NCBI RefSeq assembly: GCF_041552635.1
Contig: NZ_JBFEKM010000001.1
Location: forward strand, 1-63,101
Direction: 5' to 3'
Source of the DNA: Sulfitobacter sp.
GTDB taxonomy: Bacteria > Pseudomonadota > Alphaproteobacteria > Rhodobacterales > Rhodobacteraceae
Length of the DNA: 63,101 nt
Below the pieces are notes generated by a model. The model was given only the letters and a program-made list of their open reading frames with translations. It did no database searches and had not been told where the DNA came from. How positions within the stretch are numbered: position 1 is the stretch's first letter; the number at the start of each line of letters is the position of its first letter. Positions 51,627 to 61,468 of the stretch are shown one piece after another. The position numbers were made by a program, and so were the translations under genes.

Positions 51627-53513
51627 CTATTGCGCAGGCGGGGCGATTTGGCGGATGTCGCCATTGCGCAAGGTGATGCCTTGGGCGTCGAAGTGTTCAA
51701 GCAGCGGCACGATAAACTTGCGGGTAGTTGCAAGTGCCACGCGGGCCTGACTGGTCGTGAAAACGGTTGGTGGCGGAAAGGCCGCTGCCAGCGCCCGCGC
51801 GGCTTGGGCGACGGCTTCGGCGTGGAACACCAGACGTTGGTTCAGGCCGATATTGACCATCGGAATGATCCGGCCTTTGTCGATCAGCAGGTCCAAAAGA
51901 TCTGCATCATCTGGCGCGTCAAACAGCGTCGGAACATCGGGCGGGGTCACGCCACCTTGCATGATCTGCCCCTCGATCCGGTCTAGTTGCACGCGTTGTG
52001 CCTCGGTCGGACATGCCCAAGCATCATGACTGGCAAGCGCGACGTTATCGTTCTGGCGGCGCATCACACCGTCCGCAATCAATCGCGTTTCGACGTGATC
52101 CGAAACCACGTCAGCCACCGCACGGTCGTGCAAAATGGCCTGCGGTGCCCATTGCCTGATCGGGTGTAGCGCGTGAAATCCCCCCAGCCGCGCGCGGATG
52201 TCAGCACCGACTGCTTCAAGCGCGCTTTGCGGAATAATCCAGCCGCCGTCTATTTGTTTGAACCCCTCAGGCAGGGCTAACTGCACGTGTCCTGAACTTT
52301 GCCTGCTGATGCGCGCGACATCCTCTATCTGCGCCACCCCACGCCCCTTGGCGCACAAAGCGTTGGCGATATGCACCATATCTTGCGCCCACGCCGCCTG
52401 CATCACTGCCAGATGGGCGGCATCGCTTGATTTCACGGGCAATGCCTGCGGGTCCAGAATGCAGGCCCCGCCCAAGGTAATCGCTGGCGACAAGCTTCGC
52501 AAAATTGCGGTCTGACCGGCAAAGGCTGTCACAGGATGCTTGAACCGCAGTTGTGCAAGACCCGCACAGCCGGGCGCAATCTGCCCACCGCCCATCAACC
52601 GCATAGTCGCGACCGCCTGCGAGGTGCCGAAAAGTACGCGAATGTCCTGCATATGTTTCAGGGGCCGCGTGGCGTCGGCCAGCAGCGACAGACGGACATC
52701 CAGACAATCGGACGCGCCGAACACCCCCGCAGAACAAAGAACATCACCGCGTGCAACGTCTTTGACCGCAATGCCGCGCAGGTTGACTGCAACCCGTTCG
52801 CCGGGGGCCACGACATCGAGTGCCTGCCCCCGCGCCTGCACCCCACGCAGTGCAACGGGTCTGGCACCCGGCTGCAACGCCATGGCATCGGCCAAGGTCA
52901 AATCCCCGCCCAAAAGCGTGCCCGTAACGACAGTTCCCATGCCTGACAGGCTGAACACCCGGTCGATGGGCAAAAAGGCGGCTGTGGGCGATGCGCCCCT
53001 TGGCAAGGCTAGCATCGCGGTGTTCAGCCCTGCGGTCAGGGCATCCACCCCCCCCGTTTTCAGAGTCGAACAGCCGATCACAGGCACCCCCGCCACACCC
53101 AGCTCCGCCAAGGCAGCTGTAATCGTTCTCAGCCGCTCTGGCAGTGCGCTGTGAGCCACCAAATCAGCCTTGGTCACGGCAACAAGGCCGACGGGCACCC
53201 CCAGAAGCGCGGCAATGCGCAGGTGTTCGACCGTCTGCGGCGCGACCCCATCAACGGCCGAGACGACCAGCATAGCGCCTCTTGCGCCTGTGGCACCGCT
53301 GACCATGGCGCGGATGAAATCCTCGTGACCCGGCGCATCAATCAGATCAAGCGTACCCGACGGCAGGCGGCAATGGGCAAAGCCAAGCGTGATCGACAAG
53401 CCGCGTTGCTTTTCTTGGGTCAGGCGATCTGTTTCGATCCCCGTCAAAGCGCGCACAAGTGCGGTTTTGCCATGGTCCACATGACCTATGACGATCATGC
53501 AGGCGGTCATCAT
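51627..53513 (-). CDS. selB: Selenocysteine-specific elongation factor
   Basis: GHVDHGKT, RGLSITLGF, DAPGHE, TKAD, IDRVF...G.GTVVTGT, C-terminal TRKFIVPLLEHFD...T.R.GD.R winged helix. Confidence 0.95.
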   Translation of the reverse strand: MMTACMIVIGHVDHGKTALVRALTGIETDRLTQEKQRGLSITLGFAHCRLPSGTLDLIDAPGHEDFIRAMVSGATGARGAMLVVSAVDGVAPQTVEHLRIAALLGVPVGLVAVTKADLVAHSALPERLRTITAALAELGVAGVPVIGCSTLKTGGVDALTAGLNTAMLALPRGASPTAAFLPIDRVFSLSGMGTVVTGTLLGGDLTLADAMALQPGARPVALRGVQARGQALDVVAPGERVAVNLRGIAVKDVARGDVLCSAGVFGASDCLDVRLSLLADATRPLKHMQDIRVLFGTSQAVATMRLMGGGQIAPGCAGLAQLRFKHPVTAFAGQTAILRSLSPAITLGGACILDPQALPVKSSDAAHLAVMQAAWAQDMVHIANALCAKGRGVAQIEDVARISRQSSGHVQLALPEGFKQIDGGWIIPQSALEAVGADIRARLGGFHALHPIRQWAPQAILHDRAVADVVSDHVETRLIADGVMRRQNDNVALASHDAWACPTEAQRVQLDRIEGQIMQGGVTPPDVPTLFDAPDDADLLDLLIDKGRIIPMVNIGLNQRLVFHAEAVAQAARALAAAFPPPTVFTTSQARVALATTRKFIVPLLEHFDAQGITLRNGDIRQIAPPAQ

Positions 53514-54901
53514 CAGGCTGTAATCGCATTGAATGCCGCCGCGATCAGGGGCAGTTCATCATCAGACACCGTGCGCATATCCAACTGTATCCGGCCTTGG
53601 TGTATCCGTCCGATGACCGGCGGACTGGCGACGCGCAATGCCGTTGCCAGATCGTCAGCAGACAAATCAGGCACCATGACCGAAACCGAGAAACTCGCCA
53701 GATCCTGCTGTGGCATGGCCCCGCCGCCGACATAGGCAGCCGACGGAACGACCGACACATCGGCCCCCCCTTGACCGCGCAACAGACCAGCCAGCAGATC
53801 AGCGCGGGCTTGGACGGCTGGCGCGGGTTCCGACAGCATGCGTAAGACGGGTATGCGGGTCAGCGGATCATTCGGCGCGCGGTACAACCGCAATGTCGCC
53901 TCAAGCGCGGCAAGCGAAAGCTTGTCGATGCGCAAGGCGCGCAGCAACGGATGCGCGCGCAGTTGCGCGATGATATCGGCACGGCCCGCGATAATCCCCG
54001 CCTGCGGACCGCCAAGCAGCTTGTCCCCCGAAAACATCACCAGATCGACGCCTGCTTTCAGAATATCGGCGACCACCGGTTCATCCGACAGCCCGAAAGG
54101 CGACAGGTCGATCAGAACGCCACTTCCCAGATCCTCGATCAAGATCAGGTCGCGGTCTTTGGCGAGCTTGGCCAGATCTTCGCGCGCGGGGGCAGCGGTA
54201 AACCCGATAATCCGGAAATTGCTAGTGTGGCTTTTGAGCAAAACGGCCACGTCATCGTCGATGGCATCGGCATAGTCGCCAAGGCGCGTTTTATTGGTTG
54301 CACCAACCTCTTTCAGCACGGCACCACTTTGGGCGATGACATCCGGCAGCCGGAACGAGCCGCCGATTTCGATCAGCTCCCCCCGAGAGGCGATGACCTT
54401 GCGCCCCACTGCCGTCCCCATCAGACCAAGCACGACGGCAGCGGCGCAATTGTTGACGATCAACGCGGCGTCGGCACCAGTCAATTCGCAAATAAGCGCC
54501 TCGGCATGATCATACCGCGATCCGCGCTTGCCGGTTGTCAGGTTCAGCTCAAGGTTAGACGGATGTGCACCGACATCCTGTATCGCCGCAAGCGCTTCGG
54601 GGGCAAGGCGGGCACGGCCCAGATTGGTGTGAATGATGATCCCCGTGGCGTTGACCACAGCGCGCAAATTTGGTGCCCGTGCATTCAGGATTTCAGCAAG
54701 CAGCCCCTGCGCAAAGGCCGCGCTTGTGAAATCCGGCAGACCAGCGCCCCGCCCCGCCAGAATATCCGCGCGCAGTTGCCCCAGCGCGGCGCGCAACACA
54801 TCGGCGACTTCTTGGCGGCTGCTCGCGTCGATCACCTTGGCAATCGCGGGGCTGTGCAACAGGGTTTCCACCTGCGGCAGTTGTCTAAGCTGGCTGTTCA
54901 C
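53513..54901 (-). CDS. selA: L-seryl-tRNA(Sec) selenium transferase
   Basis: NATGIIIHTNLGRA, GELIEIGGSFR, EDLGSG, FSGDKLLGGPQAG. Confidence 0.96.
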   Translation of the reverse strand: MNSQLRQLPQVETLLHSPAIAKVIDASSRQEVADVLRAALGQLRADILAGRGAGLPDFTSAAFAQGLLAEILNARAPNLRAVVNATGIIIHTNLGRARLAPEALAAIQDVGAHPSNLELNLTTGKRGSRYDHAEALICELTGADAALIVNNCAAAVVLGLMGTAVGRKVIASRGELIEIGGSFRLPDVIAQSGAVLKEVGATNKTRLGDYADAIDDDVAVLLKSHTSNFRIIGFTAAPAREDLAKLAKDRDLILIEDLGSGVLIDLSPFGLSDEPVVADILKAGVDLVMFSGDKLLGGPQAGIIAGRADIIAQLRAHPLLRALRIDKLSLAALEATLRLYRAPNDPLTRIPVLRMLSEPAPAVQARADLLAGLLRGQGGADVSVVPSAAYVGGGAMPQQDLASFSVSVMVPDLSADDLATALRVASPPVIGRIHQGRIQLDMRTVSDDELPLIAAAFNAITA

Positions 54902-54997
54902 CTGTCTACCCTTAACCCGTTGCAGCCCCAGCTTAATGGGCCACGCAAGCGGAGCAAGGCAGATCGCACAGGTTTCAGAAAGAATAGAACATCGCCG

Positions 54998-55636
54998 CTA
55001 GAACGACGCGATCCAAATGCCCGCGAACATCAGGATTCCACCAAAGTTGACCCACAAATGCCATGTTGCATAGCGAAACGGCATCGTTTTACGGGCATAA
55101 AACACAGTGCCAATGACATAGCACGCGGCCCCCGCGACAACGCACCAAAGCGCATTGATGTCGACGCCCGTCAAATGTGGCAACGCCGCCATGCCAACAG
55201 CCCCAAGCCCCAGATATGACGCCGTTGACCAACGGGTCTTCACCTTCTCGTTTGTAATCTTGTGCCAGATCGCCACCGCCGTCAGCAGCCAACTGACAAC
55301 CAGCAATCCAAGTGTCCAAGGTGTGTTGGCTTGAACGAAAAACGGGGTGAAGGTACCGGAAATACTGGGGTAAATCGCGGCGTGGTCAATGCGCCGCAAC
55401 AGCGTGCGATGCCCGTGCCAAGCCGTGAAGTGATACGCAAAAGACGCCAGATTGGACCCAAGCGCGCAAAGAACATAGACCACAACGGCGGCAATCAGCC
55501 CGGCCCCCAAGGTGAACGCCGCGTGAAAAATCAGCGCCGACCCCGCAATCAGGATCAACAATAGCCCGAAGATATGTACCGTCAGATCGGCGCGGCGGTG
55601 GGCAACGTGGATGCTGGGAAAGGTTACTGTGGTCAT
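54998..55636 (-). CDS. Hemolysin III / PAQR-family membrane protein
   Basis: S.AYH, RRIDHAAIY, GTFTP, WHLWV; seven TM segments. Confidence 0.85.
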   Translation of the reverse strand: MTTVTFPSIHVAHRRADLTVHIFGLLLILIAGSALIFHAAFTLGAGLIAAVVVYVLCALGSNLASFAYHFTAWHGHRTLLRRIDHAAIYPSISGTFTPFFVQANTPWTLGLLVVSWLLTAVAIWHKITNEKVKTRWSTASYLGLGAVGMAALPHLTGVDINALWCVVAGAACYVIGTVFYARKTMPFRYATWHLWVNFGGILMFAGIWIASF

Positions 55637-55679
55637 GATTGCCCCTGACAAATAACGTTTTGGATATGTCGCACCAAGA

Positions 55680-56606
55680 CTATTCCGTCACCGCAGCTGC
55701 CACGGCAAGTTCGGCCATTTTCAAGATACTGTCACGGCTGCTGGCAACGGCGATAAAACGCCCGTTGTGGCAGAACTTGGCCCCCGTCACGCCGGACGCG
55801 GTTTCAAGTGCGGCGTCGGTCAGACCGGCCCAAGGTGCCGGCAGATCAGCGCGCGTGTCAAAAGTGTCATCGCCCGTGCGAATCGTGGTCAATGCCCAAT
55901 CCGCGCCACGGGGGTGGACGACGAAAAGCAGATGATCGGCACCCGCGCTTTGGATTCCGGCGCGAAAGGGCATGCCCATAGGAAGTTCAAGAATGCGACC
56001 CTCACCGGCGGCTGTAATCGCGGCCAAGACCATCGCCTCGGCGCGGTACTTGGCGGCTTTGCGGTTGATCTGCGCTTCGACAAAGGCGCGTGCGATTGGC
56101 AACGCCGCCGCAAAGGCGCGGTCATCGGCACCGTCTTCGTGATCGTCAAACACCGGCTTGAGCGTCTCAAGCAACACCGGCAGCGTCAGCCCGGCAAACA
56201 GCGGCCCCGCTTCGGAGGCGTTGACCGCACCATTATCAATCAGATCAACAGGCACCACAAAGCCACGGTCAAAGGACGCGTGGATTGCTTCGATGTCCTG
56301 CTCTGGCACGTCCATCGCCCGCAGATAATCGCGGCCATACTGCGCCCAGATCAGGCCGAATGCACTTAGGGGTTGGCCGTTGTCACGCAGTGGATTGGGC
56401 CGCTGGTGGTGGTCGAAAATCTGCAAATCAGCGTCGAATTGCCCACCGACGTCATAAATAATCCGGTCTTGGGCAGGGGTGACCCAGTCTTTGTCACGGG
56501 TGCGCACAAGCTGTGCATCCGGAAAAAGGCGCGTGAGAATGACCGAGGACAAAAGTTCGTCTGCGTGAAAGCCGCCGGAATGGGTGACAAGGTGCTGGAT
56601 GGTCAT
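55680..56606 (-). CDS. MYG1 (UPF0160) family DHH-like hydrolase
   Basis: THSGGFHADE, YDVGG, FDHHQ, DLIDNG, FCHNGRF. Confidence 0.88.
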   Translation of the reverse strand: MTIQHLVTHSGGFHADELLSSVILTRLFPDAQLVRTRDKDWVTPAQDRIIYDVGGQFDADLQIFDHHQRPNPLRDNGQPLSAFGLIWAQYGRDYLRAMDVPEQDIEAIHASFDRGFVVPVDLIDNGAVNASEAGPLFAGLTLPVLLETLKPVFDDHEDGADDRAFAAALPIARAFVEAQINRKAAKYRAEAMVLAAITAAGEGRILELPMGMPFRAGIQSAGADHLLFVVHPRGADWALTTIRTGDDTFDTRADLPAPWAGLTDAALETASGVTGAKFCHNGRFIAVASSRDSILKMAELAVAAAVTE

Positions 56607-56721
56607 AACTGTGCCCTACTTAAACCGACGGTACAAAGACCGTCCCTGCGACAATAGACGACAGGCCATCATACCGGCCTTGTCTGATGTCGCGAAAAGA
56701 TGTGATCAGAACGCAAAATAA

Positions 56722-56751
56722 ATCCCCCGCCGCCGATTGGCCACGGGGGAT
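56722..56751 (-). terminator. Probable terminator after rpsU
   Basis: ATCCCCCG...CGGGGGAT inverted repeat with a T-rich tail on the minus strand. Confidence 0.55.
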
Positions 56752-56778
56752 CAAAATTCATCTATAGCGAAACTTGAA

Positions 56779-56979
56779 TTATGCTTCGCGCTCAAGCTTC
56801 TTACGGGCCAGCTTGCGTGCACGACGGATCGCTTCAGCTTTCTCGCGCGCTTTTTTCTCGGAAGGCTTCTCGAACTGTTCCTTGAGCTTCATCTCACGGA
56901 ACACGCCTTCGCGCTGGAGTTTTTTCTTCAAAGCCCGAAGGGCTTGATCAACGTTGTTATCGCGTACACTAACCTGCAT
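56779..56979 (-). CDS. rpsU: 30S ribosomal protein S21
   Basis: [25 protein letters not shown]...FEKPS. Confidence 0.93.
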   Translation of the reverse strand: MQVSVRDNNVDQALRALKKKLQREGVFREMKLKEQFEKPSEKKAREKAEAIRRARKLARKKLEREA

Positions 56980-57245
56980 GTGGTTTTCATCATCCTTCTG
57001 GGATAAATCTACATTCAATAAATCAAGCCGCCATCTAGCAAGTCCATTTTGCTTTGTCGAGTCTGCTTTTGCATCAAATAGCCCCATTCCCTGCTGTAGA
57101 TCAGGCAGCAGGCCACTTTAGCCGCGTCGGGCGTGCGACTTTTGCCACTTGTTTCATTGCGGCGCGGCCCGTCCCGGGACGGTTTTGGAACAGAAGATGG
57201 CGGGAGGGGTTGTGTCATTGAACACACAAAGCTCGGAGAGTTTTA

Positions 57246-58622
57246 ATGACATCGATTACAACAGTTAACCCCGCAACCGACAAGCCGATCGCGGAATATC
57301 CGCTCATGGACCAAGAAACCGCATTTGAAAAAATCGAACAGGCCCATGCCGCGTTTCTGGCGTGGAAGGACAAGACCCATGAAGACCGCGCGCCATATCT
57401 GCGCGCCATTGCCAAAGAACTGCGGGAAAATGTCGACAGTTTCGCGCAGCTGATGACCCAAGAGACAGGCAAGCTGCTGCGTGATGGCAAGACCGAGGTA
57501 GAGCTATGCGCACAAATCTTTGAATACACCGCCGACCACGGGCCCGAAATGCTTGCCGACGAAGAACGCACACATTCGGGTGGCAAAAAGCGCGGCGTTG
57601 TCGCCTATTGCCCGATTGGTGTGATCTACAGCATCCAGCCGTGGAATTTCCCGGTTTATCAACCCGTGCGCGTGCTGGCCGCCAATCTGATGGCAGGCAA
57701 TTCTGTCGTCCTTAAGCATGCCGAGATTTGCACTGGCAGCGGGCTGCTGTTGAAAGATGTCTGCACCAAGGCAGGGTTGCCCGACGGGCTGTTCGAAGTG
57801 ATCATCGTCAGTCACGATACCTCGGATGAGGTGATCGCCCATGACCTTGTGCGCGGCGTCACCATGACCGGCAGCGATGGTGCTGGTCGCCAGATCGGTC
57901 AGACCGCCGCCAAGCATCTAAAGAAAACAGTTCTCGAACTGGGGTCGAACGATGCTTATCTTGTACTCGAGGATGCAGATGTCGAACTGGCGGTTAAAAC
58001 CTGCGTGCAAGGGCGGCTTTATAACAATGGTCAGACCTGCGTATCGGCAAAACGGTTTGTAGTGACTGATGCGGTCTATGATGCGTTCGTCGATGCCTTT
58101 GTCGCACAGATGAAATCGGTCAAGATGGGCGACCCTTCGTCAGACGACACGCAGATCGGCCCGCTTTCCAGCAAGGAACAATTTGCAACAATCAAAGAGC
58201 AGGTCGAGAAAAGCCAAGCCAACGGGGCCACCCTGCTGTGCGGCGGCGACCCTGATGATCGCACGGGCCAATACTACCCCGCGACAGTTCTGGCAGACTG
58301 TCAGCCGGGATCACCCGCCTATGACGATGAAATCTTTGGGCCGGTTGCTGCGATCATCAAAGCCAAGGATGATGCCGATGCGATGCGCATTGCAAATGAC
58401 AGCCGCTATGGTTTGGGCGGCGGGATCTTTACCAAGGACGCAGACAAGGCGCTAAAGCTGGCCCGCGACCATTTTGATACTGGCATGATCCGTATCAATT
58501 CCTTTGGAACAGCAGACCCGAACATGCCGTTCGGCGGCGTTAAAGATTCAGGGTTTGGCCGTGAACACGGTGGCTTTGGCATGAAAGAATTCGTCAACGC
58601 CAAGGCGATCTATCTGCCCTGA
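57246..58622 (+). CDS. NAD-dependent succinate-semialdehyde-dehydrogenase-like aldehyde dehydrogenase
   Basis: PWNFP, LKHA, TGS, LELG, NGQTC, EIFGP, PFGGVK.SG.GRE. Confidence 0.88.
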   Translation: MTSITTVNPATDKPIAEYPLMDQETAFEKIEQAHAAFLAWKDKTHEDRAPYLRAIAKELRENVDSFAQLMTQETGKLLRDGKTEVELCAQIFEYTADHGPEMLADEERTHSGGKKRGVVAYCPIGVIYSIQPWNFPVYQPVRVLAANLMAGNSVVLKHAEICTGSGLLLKDVCTKAGLPDGLFEVIIVSHDTSDEVIAHDLVRGVTMTGSDGAGRQIGQTAAKHLKKTVLELGSNDAYLVLEDADVELAVKTCVQGRLYNNGQTCVSAKRFVVTDAVYDAFVDAFVAQMKSVKMGDPSSDDTQIGPLSSKEQFATIKEQVEKSQANGATLLCGGDPDDRTGQYYPATVLADCQPGSPAYDDEIFGPVAAIIKAKDDADAMRIANDSRYGLGGGIFTKDADKALKLARDHFDTGMIRINSFGTADPNMPFGGVKDSGFGREHGGFGMKEFVNAKAIYLP

Positions 58623-58728
58623 TCCTAAAACAAATTCAGCAAGGCACGGCCAAGCAACGGTCCGGAAAGGCCCCCTTGGCCATTGCCGGACCATTGCTTG
58701 GGCGGCACTTCACAAAAAGGAATATTCT

Positions 58729-59325
58729 ATGAAAGTACTTGTAGCAGGGGCGACCGGAAATACCGGTGCACGCCTTATGAAAACTCTCGTTTCCCGCGGT
58801 CACCACGCCATCGCATTGGTGCGAGAAAGCTCTGACACCAGCAAGTTGCCCTCTCAGGCCGAAACGCGCCTTGGCGACCTTGCGGATTTGCAAGACGGTG
58901 TGTGCGACGGCTGCGATGCCGTGATTTTCGCCGCAGGGTCAGGCGGGGACACTGGTGCAGAGCTGACCGATAAAATCGACCGTGACGGTGCGATGCGGCT
59001 GGTCGATCTTGCCGTTGATGCAGGCGTGGGCCGCTTTGTGATGCTAAGCAGCGTCGGCGCGGGCGATCCGGACCCCGACAGCGAACTGGCGCATTATCTT
59101 AAGGCAAAACATGATGCCGACGAACATCTGAAAAAGTCAGGTCTGGACTATGCGATTTTGCGTCCGGTCGCCCTGACCGATGATGACGGAACCGGAAAAA
59201 TGCTGTTCGGGGATGATGTCGATGTCACAGCCAAAGCAGCGCGCGGCGATGTCGCGACAGCCTTAGCCGATGCGCTAGAAAGCGACGCGTGGACTGGCAA
59301 GGTACAGCTAATGCAGTCTGCCTGA
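58729..59325 (+). CDS. Atypical SDR / NAD(P)H-binding protein
   Basis: GATGNTG, FAAGSG, YLKAK, ILRP. Confidence 0.82.
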   Translation: MKVLVAGATGNTGARLMKTLVSRGHHAIALVRESSDTSKLPSQAETRLGDLADLQDGVCDGCDAVIFAAGSGGDTGAELTDKIDRDGAMRLVDLAVDAGVGRFVMLSSVGAGDPDPDSELAHYLKAKHDADEHLKKSGLDYAILRPVALTDDDGTGKMLFGDDVDVTAKAARGDVATALADALESDAWTGKVQLMQSA

Positions 59326-59395
59326 ACACGGTCCTGCAGCAAGATTGCTTTATCCCCGCTGGCACATCTTGACCAGCGGGGGGGGGATAGCCGGG

Positions 59396-60277
59396 TCAAA
59401 CCAGATTGTTTTTCATCTCAAGACAGCGCGTCAGAACAGCTGGAAGCGCCTCGGGTATATCCTCGGCGATCAGGCCCGGGCCGATGGTTTCCGCGCAATG
59501 CAGGTGAAGGTGCGCCCCCAAAGCTGCAGCATCAAATGCATCGAAGCCTTTAGCCAAAAGGCCGGTAATCATTCCTGACAACACGTCGCCAGACCCGGCA
59601 GTCGCAAGCCATGCGGCATGTGCAAACGGCTTTGACGATACAACAGTACAATCCCCGTTTGGCCGCGCGATTATCGTGTCGGACCCTTTGAACAGCACTG
59701 TACAATTCAGCGTCTGCGCGGCGGTTTGCGCCAAAGTGATGCGGCAGGTGGTTTGGGAAAAGGCCTTTGGGATCAGCCGCCGCAGTTCCCCCTCGTGAGG
59801 GGTCATGACCACCTGCGGATGCATCGCAGCGCTGATCGGCTGGGGGTCTTGCGCAACAAGGGTTATGGCATCTGCGTCAAGGCAAAGCGGCACGCCCAAG
59901 GACACGATATCAATCAGTCTTTGCCTATTTTCCGGATCTAACCCAAGGTTTGGACCAATGCAGACTGCCGATGGTTTAAGCGTCGATAGCTGGTCAATAA
60001 ACCCTTGGGCCTCGCGGTAGGTTTTCACCATGATCGCATCCAGACGCGCGGCATTTTCACCTTTGCAAGCTTCTGAGCAGAAAACACTGACGACCCCCGC
60101 CCCGATCCGAAGCGCCCCGCGTGCAGCCAGCCTTGCCGCGCCGCTTTGGCCCGGCGGCCCGGAAACGACGATCGCGTGGCCATAGTCGTATTTGTGCCTG
60201 TCACCGGATTTTAGCAGCCGGTTCATGTGATCGCCCGTTACCTTGAAAACGGAACTTTGCGTGTCATTTTGTGTCAT
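59396..60277 (-). CDS. nnrD: ADP-dependent NAD(P)H-hydrate dehydratase (stand-alone carbohydrate-kinase domain)
   Basis: HKYDYG, GAARLAA..ALR.GAG, LDADA, TPHEGE, LATAGSGDVL; start uncertain. Confidence 0.8.
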   Translation of the reverse strand: MTQNDTQSSVFKVTGDHMNRLLKSGDRHKYDYGHAIVVSGPPGQSGAARLAARGALRIGAGVVSVFCSEACKGENAARLDAIMVKTYREAQGFIDQLSTLKPSAVCIGPNLGLDPENRQRLIDIVSLGVPLCLDADAITLVAQDPQPISAAMHPQVVMTPHEGELRRLIPKAFSQTTCRITLAQTAAQTLNCTVLFKGSDTIIARPNGDCTVVSSKPFAHAAWLATAGSGDVLSGMITGLLAKGFDAFDAAALGAHLHLHCAETIGPGLIAEDIPEALPAVLTRCLEMKNNLV

Positions 60278-60520
60278 GATGAAACCCAACGCATCCTTTG
60301 TACCCCTCACCGGTCCGGTTTGAGATTCCCCAGACGCCGTGCGTTTACTATTCCGGTTCTGCATCGCCGTGGCAACTGTGCCCACTTGGGTGGCCCTGCC
60401 CCTTGGGCTCGGATCGATATTTGCAGCAATACGCGTTTTAGCGTTGGGCACTGGTCGAAATAGGTTCTAGGTCAGTTGCTATATGAATAATCAAATAATG
60501 CGCCAAGTATTGGACAACCC

Positions 60521-61468
60521 GTGACAACCCGACTGCTGAACGACCACAAAGCCAACCTGATCGGCAGCCTCTGGATGGTCGCGGCCATGGCGGTTTTTGC
60601 CGTTGAAGACGCGTTTATCAAGGCGGCGGCTGACGTGCTGCCTGTCGGCCAAATTCTGGTGATCTTTGGCATTGGCGGTGCGCTGGTGTTTGCGGGTCTG
60701 GCGCGCCTGAACGGTGAACCCTTGTTCGTCAAAGACGTCGTATCACGCCCGATGCGCTTTCGCATCATGTTCGAGATCGTCGGCCGCTTGTTCTATGTCC
60801 TTGCGATTGCAGTGATCCCGCTGTCCGCAGCGACCGTAATCTTGCAAGCAACGCCGCTGGTCGTGGTGGCAGGTGCGGCGCTGGTGTTTGGCGAAAAAGT
60901 GGGCTGGCGCAGATGGACCGCGATTATCATTGGCATGATCGGGGTCGTCGTCATCATCCGACCGGGCACAGACAGTTTTTCCGTACTTTCAGTTCTGGCC
61001 GTGATCGGTATGATCGGATTTGCAGGCCGCGATCTGGCAAGCCGTGCCGCCCCTGCATCGCTCAGCACGTGGCTTCTGGGGCTTTACGGCTTTTTCGCGG
61101 TCATTATCGCAGGGGTGTTCTATTCCCTGTGGCAAGCACAAACCTATGTGCGCCCGAGCCTTGAGATTTCTCTGTTTCTGCTGCTGGCGGTGCTGGCAGG
61201 CGTCGCGGCCTATTCATGCCTGATGAAGGCCATGCGCACCGGCGACGTGTCGGCAGTCACGCCGTTCAGATATACACGACTTTTGTTTGGCATCGCCTTG
61301 GGCGTGCTCCTGTTCGGAGAAGAACTGAACATCTCGATGCTTACCGGATCGGGCCTGATCGTGCTGTCCGGATTGTTCATTGTCTGGCGGGGAAAAGCGG
61401 CCAAGGTACCTGCCCCGACCGCGCCCGCATCTGGCAAACCCGTGTCTGGCAAACCCGTCTCAAAGTAG
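60521..61468 (+). CDS. DMT/EamA-family transporter
   Basis: Ten TM segments, GEKVGWRRW, VTPFRY. Confidence 0.85.
   Translation: MTTRLLNDHKANLIGSLWMVAAMAVFAVEDAFIKAAADVLPVGQILVIFGIGGALVFAGLARLNGEPLFVKDVVSRPMRFRIMFEIVGRLFYVLAIAVIPLSAATVILQATPLVVVAGAALVFGEKVGWRRWTAIIIGMIGVVVIIRPGTDSFSVLSVLAVIGMIGFAGRDLASRAAPASLSTWLLGLYGFFAVIIAGVFYSLWQAQTYVRPSLEISLFLLLAVLAGVAAYSCLMKAMRTGDVSAVTPFRYTRLLFGIALGVLLFGEELNISMLTGSGLIVLSGLFIVWRGKAAKVPAPTAPASGKPVSGKPVSK
61430..61458. repeat. 15-bp tandem duplication in the DMT C-terminal tail (SGKPV x2)
   Basis: TCTGGCAAACCCGT-G-TCTGGCAAACCCGT. Confidence 0.7.

Noticed and set aside
43220-54901. Functional link between the gentisate operon and the selenoprotein (for example Sec as the isomerase nucleophile)
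   Set aside because: The operons are convergent and separated by a terminator; adjacency is the only evidence.
56701-56710. TGTGATCAGA as a third AkgR-type site
   Set aside because: A single imperfect half-site with no partner at 21 bp.
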